Of a stretch of DNA of 64,000 nucleotides, positions 57,983-64,000 are shown piece by piece (within the stretch, counting starts at the first letter, position 1; each line of letters begins with the position of its first letter). A program made the position numbers and the translations under genes. Below the pieces are notes generated by a model. That model was not told the origin of the DNA and made no database searches. It was given only the letters and a program-made list of their open reading frames with translations. Location of the stretch: positions 24,828,084 to 24,892,083 of the forward strand of contig NC_090407.1 in NCBI RefSeq assembly GCF_036365525.1. Reading direction: 5' to 3'. The stretch is from Heterodontus francisci. Lineage: Eukaryota.

Positions 57983-59150
57983 AAATAAAAACAGAAAGTG
58001 CTGGAAATACTCAGCTGGTCTGGCAGCATCTGTGGAGAGAGAATCAGATCTATGACCTTTCATCAGAACTGGCATGGTTAGAAATGTAATAGGTTTTAAG
58101 CAAGTAAAGTGGGGGTGGGAGAAGAGAACAAAAGGGAAGGTGTGTGATAGGACAGAGGGCCAGAGAGATTAACTGACAAGGAGGTCATGGGGCAAAGCAA
58201 AGAGAGTGTGCTAATGGTGTGGTGAAAGACAAGGCATTAGTGCAGAGAGAGTGTTAATGACAGAATAATGAACAGCCTAGCCAAAGGCACAAACATGAAA
58301 AACCCAGTTTAAGGCAGGCACATGGGAAAAAGATGATAAAACAAAATAAAATAAAATAATAATTTAAAAAAGGGACCAGTCATGCTCTGAAATTATTGAA
58401 CTCAATGTTCAGTCCGGCAGGCTGTAGTGTGCCTAATCAGAAAATGAGGTGCTGTTCCTCGAGCTTGCGTTGATGTTCACTGGAGCACTGCAGCAGGCCA
58501 AGGACAGACATGTGGGCATGAGAGCAGGGGGGAGTGTTGAAATGGCAAGCAACCGGAAGCTCGGGGTCATGCTTGCGGACTGAGTGGAGGTATTCCGCAA
58601 AGCTGTCACCCAGTCTACGTTTGGTCTCTCCAATGTAGAGGAGTCCGCATTGTGAGCAGCAAATACAGTATAATAAATTGAAAGAGGTACAAGTAAATTG
58701 CTACTTCACCTGAAAGGAGTGTTTGGGACCCTGGATGGGGAGGAGAGAGGAGTTAAAAGGGCAGGTATTACACTTCCCACAATTGCATGGGAAGGTGCCA
58801 TAGGAAGGGGATGAGGTATCAGGGGTAATGGAGGAGTGGATCAGGGTGTCGCGGAGGGAATGATCCCTCCAGAATGCTGACGGGGAGGGGAGGGAAAGAT
58901 GGGCTTGGTGGTGGCATCACGCTGAAGGTGGCGGAAATGGTGGAAGATGATCCTTTGGATGTGTAGGCAGGTGGAATGGAAAGTGAGGACAAGGGGAACC
59001 CTGTCACAGTTCTGGGAGGGAGGGGTAGGGGTGAGGGCAGAAGCGCGGGAAATGGGTCAGACACGGTTGAGCGTCCTGTCAACCATAGTGGGGGGGGGGA
59101 ATCCTCGGTTGAGGAAAAAGGTAGACATATCAGAAGTGCTATTGTGGAAG
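57983..59150 (-). mobile_element. Penelope-like element, 3' fragment with GIY-YIG endonuclease remnant
   Basis: Minus-strand translation CGKCNTCPF..FTCTSFNLLYCICCSQCGLLYIGETKRRLGD..PVACHFN..RKLEEQHLIF*LGTLQPAGLNIEF; terminus carries a degenerate hammerhead core (58060-58066). Confidence 0.88.
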
Positions 59151-60584
59151 TTGACTGTATGTACTTGTCCTCATGTCAGCGTCATTCTATTAAATGAGTT
59201 CCATTTATCTTCTATTGAAATGTTGTCAAACCTCATCCTCCAATGCCTGTATTTAAATTCTTCCCACATCTCCTGGAATATATGTTTTTTTAAATTGTAA
59301 ACCTGGGTCCAATTCATGTTAACATTGATTATTCTGAGGTCACGGTCTCTCAGTGGTGTTACAATGTCCAATTCCTGGGCATTGTCAGGATCATTTACAA
59401 GTACTTTCAATTTGATGAGCACCAACTCTTACCCTTACCCATTGAATTATGAAGAAATTATGCATTATGTTTACCACCTCTGATTCTGCATTTTCCAAAT
59501 TTATAATTGTGTTGATTGACATCACACATTGAAATAAATTTGCTGTTCTTCCACACTCTTAACTCTTTTTAGAAAAAACTCTCCCTCTTCTTGTGTTGAC
59601 CTAGTGTCTGTAGCAACATCAGATATCTTTTTCAAATTATATACAAGGTACTTATTATTGTAGCATAGCCATTCCCACCGGCTCAACTTAGTTTACATCC
59701 TTGTAGTTACTGACATCTATGGCTACGTCACCTCCATTCTACTGGTCCCCTGGAAGGTGTCTCATCCTCCACAGACTGTAAACTTTCACTCACTCAAACC
59801 TCTGCTGCTCATATCCTACACATCAAATCCCACTCACACCTCATTCCTGGCCTTGCTGATTTACATTAGCACCTCCAATTTAAAATTCTCAACATTGTAT
59901 TTAAATCCCTTCATGCCCTTGGCCCTTCCTCTGTAAACAACCACCACCACCCCACCATTTTACTTTGATTCTGGCCTCTGGTGCATGCTCCCCCTTTCCT
60001 TTGTCCCATTGGTGGCCATATGCACCGGAATGTCCTTCCTAAACCCCTCTACCTCGCCAATGTCTTTCAAGACCCTCCTTAAGACTTTTTGAACAGGCTT
60101 TTGGTCACTGCTAATAACCCTTTCTTTGGCTATGCATCCTACCCCCACCCATGCATTCAGCTATACATGATTTTTAAAAATTTTGCATGTCATAAGGTAT
60201 TTTTGTTATTCCCTTTCCTTGGCTTACACAGTGAATGCATATTTGTCCTACTTCAAAGACAAATCAACCCATTATCCACTTTGTACAAATGTGCAAATGT
60301 GCAGGTGAAACTTTGGTTTCGGACCTATCTAGGAATTGCTAAATGCAAACTGGACGCTCAAAGTCTGGTTTTTAATATATATTTACTACAGTACATCTTA
60401 TGATGCAGAAACTTTAATTATTAGGATTAGTATAATTTTACATCAGTCTGGAAAAGATGACAAATTAAATCATGTCCCACCCTCTTGTCTGCTTCCTGTT
60501 TGGGATTGACAGGAAGACTAGGAACTCCAGACCACACTCAGGTTCTCCGGGGACCCCTTTCACTGATGCAATGACAAGTTGGCT

Positions 60585-60810
60585 GATGCTGATTGGTTGG
60601 CTTTGAGAAGTGGCCGTGGTTTCTTTATAAATTGAAGGATTTTCGCATTTAAAAATGCTGGGACTCGAAATCTAAAAATAAATATTAAATTCAACGATAA
60701 GAACAATTTAAAAAGGGGGAGAGCGTGAGGCTCGGAGAGCGATGAGACTGCGGTGGCTAGGAGTTTCCGGTTCCGGTCTGTGTGGTGGCGTTGGAGTTGG
60801 AGATGGCGGT
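60585..60810 (+). promoter_or_regulatory. DDOST: Probable DDOST promoter
   Basis: Reverse CCAAT (GATTGG ~60591), tandem ETS-like TTCCGGTTCCGG (~60765-60776), YY1-like AGATGGCGG over the ATG. Confidence 0.6.
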
Positions 60811-60974
60811 GGGTTGGAGTGAGAGCGGGATGGTGATGCACCGGGCAATGGGGGCTGCGGCTCTCCTGCTGTTCTCCGTCCTCTCTGTGGCGGATGGGTC
60901 CGGGAGGACGCTGGTGCTTCTGGAGAACATCAACATAAAGGAGACGCACTCCATGTTCTTCAGGAGCCTGACAG
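60803..60974 (+). CDS. DDOST: DDOST exon 1 (signal peptide)
   Basis: [57 protein letters not shown]; strong Kozak GAGATGG; donor CAG|GTGTGA; true start may be a later in-frame ATG. Confidence 0.88.
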
Positions 60975-63807
60975 GTGTGAGTTGGCTGCGGGTGGAAGGT
61001 TGACTTATTCTCAGTGCAAACACAGCTCTAAAGTGGAGGTCGGGGTGTAAGATATTGAAGAGATAGTTAAGTCCGGGTCAGATACTTGCGTGCATACGAA
61101 ATTGCTGGGCTGGAACCGACTAACTGGTCCAGCAAGCCTGCCTCACACTGATGGCCGAGTCATTGTGGCGAAACATCGCCCCCCCCCCCCCCCCTCCCCC
61201 CTGCATCCATGGGAGAAGTAGAAAAAAGACCCAGAGCCAAAAAGGGAAAAAATAACTTTGCAAAATTTCTCTGACCATTCGCTCCCCTGCCCCCCGCGAT
61301 CGAGACCAGACCACGAGATCAAATGGACCAATTGTCAACCTTTTAAAGACACTTTTTCCTTCTAATATACGATCTCTGTCCCAGTTAGGAGTTAGTCCAG
61401 CTTGCTCTTGATGCAGAAAGTCAACATCACCACATCAGCTAGAAAGTGAGTGGCTAGATACCGTCAGCACCAGAGGTCTTTGGAGTCCAGAGAGTTGGGG
61501 TTGGACAGCAATAGTGCAGGTACAGCCCAAAGTCAGTTGCAACGGTTGACCGGAATGCAGGGAGGTTGTAATGGTGAGAATTGAGGCAACAAGTGACTTA
61601 AAAGAAGCAATCTTTTATCAGCTATCATACATTCAGGGTGGGGATGATTCATACCAATACCAGCTTGTGCTAAGTCTTGTTGTAAATATCACTTGTGATG
61701 TAATACTGAATATTCCCCATCGGTTGCTGAAATGCACTAACCTGTGCCTTTGTTTGAAATCTCCAATTAGATCATGGATTTAACTTGACATTCAAGATTT
61801 CGGATGATCCTAGTTTGTCTCTGATTAAATATGGAGAATTTCTGTATGATCACCTTGTCATTTTCTCGCCATCGGTGGAAGGTAAAGATGTCTGTTTCTC
61901 CTGCAATAGTTTTTCACTTGGAAACCACAGTTTGTTTTTGAAGGCTTCTTGAACTTTCCTGATTAAAGAAAATTCACAAGTACACTACAGTGGCCTGCTT
62001 AGAATGGAGCAACCAGTGTAGTGTACTCTATCAGCAAGGGAGCTTTGAGGACTTTTTATGTGAAGTCAGTGTGGTGGTAGGCTATCCTTCAGTACCAGGA
62101 AGTGTATTTACTTCCCACTAATTTTCTCCCCTCTTTAAAATACATGCGCTGCTTTTTGATTTCACAAGTGCAGGTTCTCCAATTCTATGCCAAAGTGGTA
62201 GCTGTTCACTTATGAGCTTGGGCAACATGGCAGCAGGCTATTTAATTACCGGTGCCATCACCGCTATCTGAACTATCTGATTGTTTGATAGAGCATGTCT
62301 TGCAGGGCTTTCTCAAGAGTGGAAACCTTGGCCAAGTTTTCCCTCTTTATCAAGGGCACCGAGGCCAGTTATAAATCTCATACCTACTCAGTTGAGATCA
62401 GAATTACATAGAAATACAGCACAGAAATGGGCTATTTAGCCTGACCAGTCCATGCTTAAGCTTCACTCGAGCTTCCTCTCATATTTCCTTTCAGCATAAC
62501 CCTCTATTCCTTTCTGCCTCATGTACATTTCCAGCCTCCTCTTAAATGTATCTATGCTATTAGCCTCAACCATTCCCTGCGATAATGTGATGCACATTCT
62601 TGCCACTCTATTGGTAAGAAAGTTTCTTCTGAATTGTCCTTTATTTTTTGGTGAATATCTTATATTGATGGCATCAACTTTTACACTTCCCCACAAGTGG
62701 TAAAACTGTGTCTCGTCTATCAAAATCTTTCTTAATTTTAAAGTCCTCTATTAGGTCACCCCTCAGCCTTCTCTTTGCAAGAGAAGAGACCCAGACTGCT
62801 CATCCTTTCCTGATGGGGATAACCTTGCGTTTTTGGTATCATTCCTGTAAAGCTTTTTTTGCACCCTCTCCAGTGCCTCCATATCTTCCTTTTTATCATT
62901 TGGCAATCAGAACTGTACATGGTATTCCCAGTTGTGGTCTAACCAAGATTCGATATGAGTTTAGCATAACTTCTCAATTCTATCCCTCTGGAAATAAACC
63001 TTAAGTTGCTTTTCGTTACGGCCTTAGTTACCTTATTTTCCTTATTACCATACTTACCAAAACACTTAACTGGTGAAATTCGTTAGCTAATTATATGCTT
63101 ATTCTGCATGTTTAATATCTTGTAATTTGTTGCAGTCCTCCTCAGTATTGACTATCTTCACCCCCAAAAAAAAAATTGGTATCATCTTCAAATTTAGAAG
63201 TTGTGTTTTTGATTCCAAAGTCAGCCCATGCTACCTGTTGGAGATCTGGGAGGAGGTTTGGCATTTCTCCATTCCCCTCTCTCAACTGAAAAGCCAAATG
63301 AAGTAAGGAATTTGAATAACAGGTGAAAGCTTAGAGTGAAAATAGCCAAGGACAGGCACCACTAAAAGCAAGTCACGGAAATAGAAGTTACTTTAGTTAT
63401 TTCAGTATGTTCATTCAAATTTAATGTTACCTATTTTTTTTTAAGAGATTGCTTCCCACTGCCATTAGTGTTGTTTGGCTAATAAGAATTATGGAGTGGA
63501 CACTACACTTATGACAAGTGTATATTGTGCTGTATTGGGCAACAAGTGAGAACTTCCAAAAGAAACCACATGCTTCAATTGAGACTCTAACTCTCACCCT
63601 TGGGCTGATGGGGATTAGAGTTGTGCTCTTCCTAGAATCAACAGCTGTTCTGCTTGAGGGTGTAGAGGAGCAAGAAAGGATATGCAACTGGGATTAATGA
63701 AAATTCGCTTTTGATTTCAGATTTTGGAGGCAACATCAATGTTGACACCATTGCTGCATTCATCGATGGCGGTGGAAATGTACTGGTTGCTGCAAGCTCT
63801 GACATTG
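60803..63807 (+). CDS. DDOST: Oligosaccharyltransferase 48 kDa subunit (OST48), 5' part, exons 1-3; gene continues beyond window
   Basis: Exons 60803-60974, 61771-61881, 63721-63807; [22 protein letters not shown] / [22 protein letters not shown] / [30 protein letters not shown] are OST48 signatures. Confidence 0.96.
61771..61881 (+). CDS. DDOST: DDOST exon 2
   Basis: (D)[36 protein letters not shown], 111 nt. Confidence 0.96.
62405..63220 (-). mobile_element. CR1 LINE 3' fragment in DDOST intron 2
   Basis: [25 protein letters not shown]. Confidence 0.85.
63721..63807 (+). CDS. DDOST: DDOST exon 3
   Basis: (D)[28 protein letters not shown](G), 87 nt. Confidence 0.96.
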
Positions 63808-64000
63808 GTAAAAATAAGGAATAATTATTACATCTGAAATGTAGTGACTTTGTGAACAACATATCAAATTTTTATAAGACATTATTGTGTGTATTTTAAT
63901 CTTGGTAAAGTATGAACAAACTTGGAGATCTATTTATATAGCTCATCAATAGCTCAATGTCCCAAAGCAATTCACAATGAAGTACTTTTGAAGTGTAGTT

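Noticed and set aside
58040-58072. Hammerhead in the Penelope fragment terminus as an active ribozyme
   Set aside because: The GAAAC core segment is deleted; recorded only as a degenerate motif.

Overview
Eukaryotic, intron-rich, repeat-dense vertebrate DNA; the repeat content (V-SINE/HE1-like, DeuSINE/SacSINE1-like, CR1, L2, Penelope) points to a cartilaginous fish (shark). Three genes were reconstructed by hand with GT-AG splice sites and consistent intron phases: complete DNAJC16/ERdj8 (minus strand, 14 coding exons, 2530-26783, 795 aa), complete CASP9 (minus strand, 9 exons, 34252-51629, 407 aa) and the first three exons of DDOST/OST48 (plus strand, from 60803, running off the window). 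Nearly all other ORFs in the track are chance ORFs or decayed LINE fragments. Most interesting observations: (1) a ~150-bp Penelope-derived mini-element with a perfect 11-bp target-site duplication and an intact minimal hammerhead ribozyme core, in sense orientation in the last DNAJC16 intron; (2) a LINE whose 5' end is a tRNA-like Pol III head running directly into an endonuclease frame, with a local SINE that looks like its internal-deletion derivative; (3) a solo LTR in the CASP9 upstream region; (4) CASP9 features (competing tandem splice donor giving a CARD-only product, shortened inter-subunit linker, L4 insertion); (5) a gene order differing from mammals. Exon coordinates are read base by base; repeat boundaries are approximate, and family names and human comparisons are from recall, not database searches.
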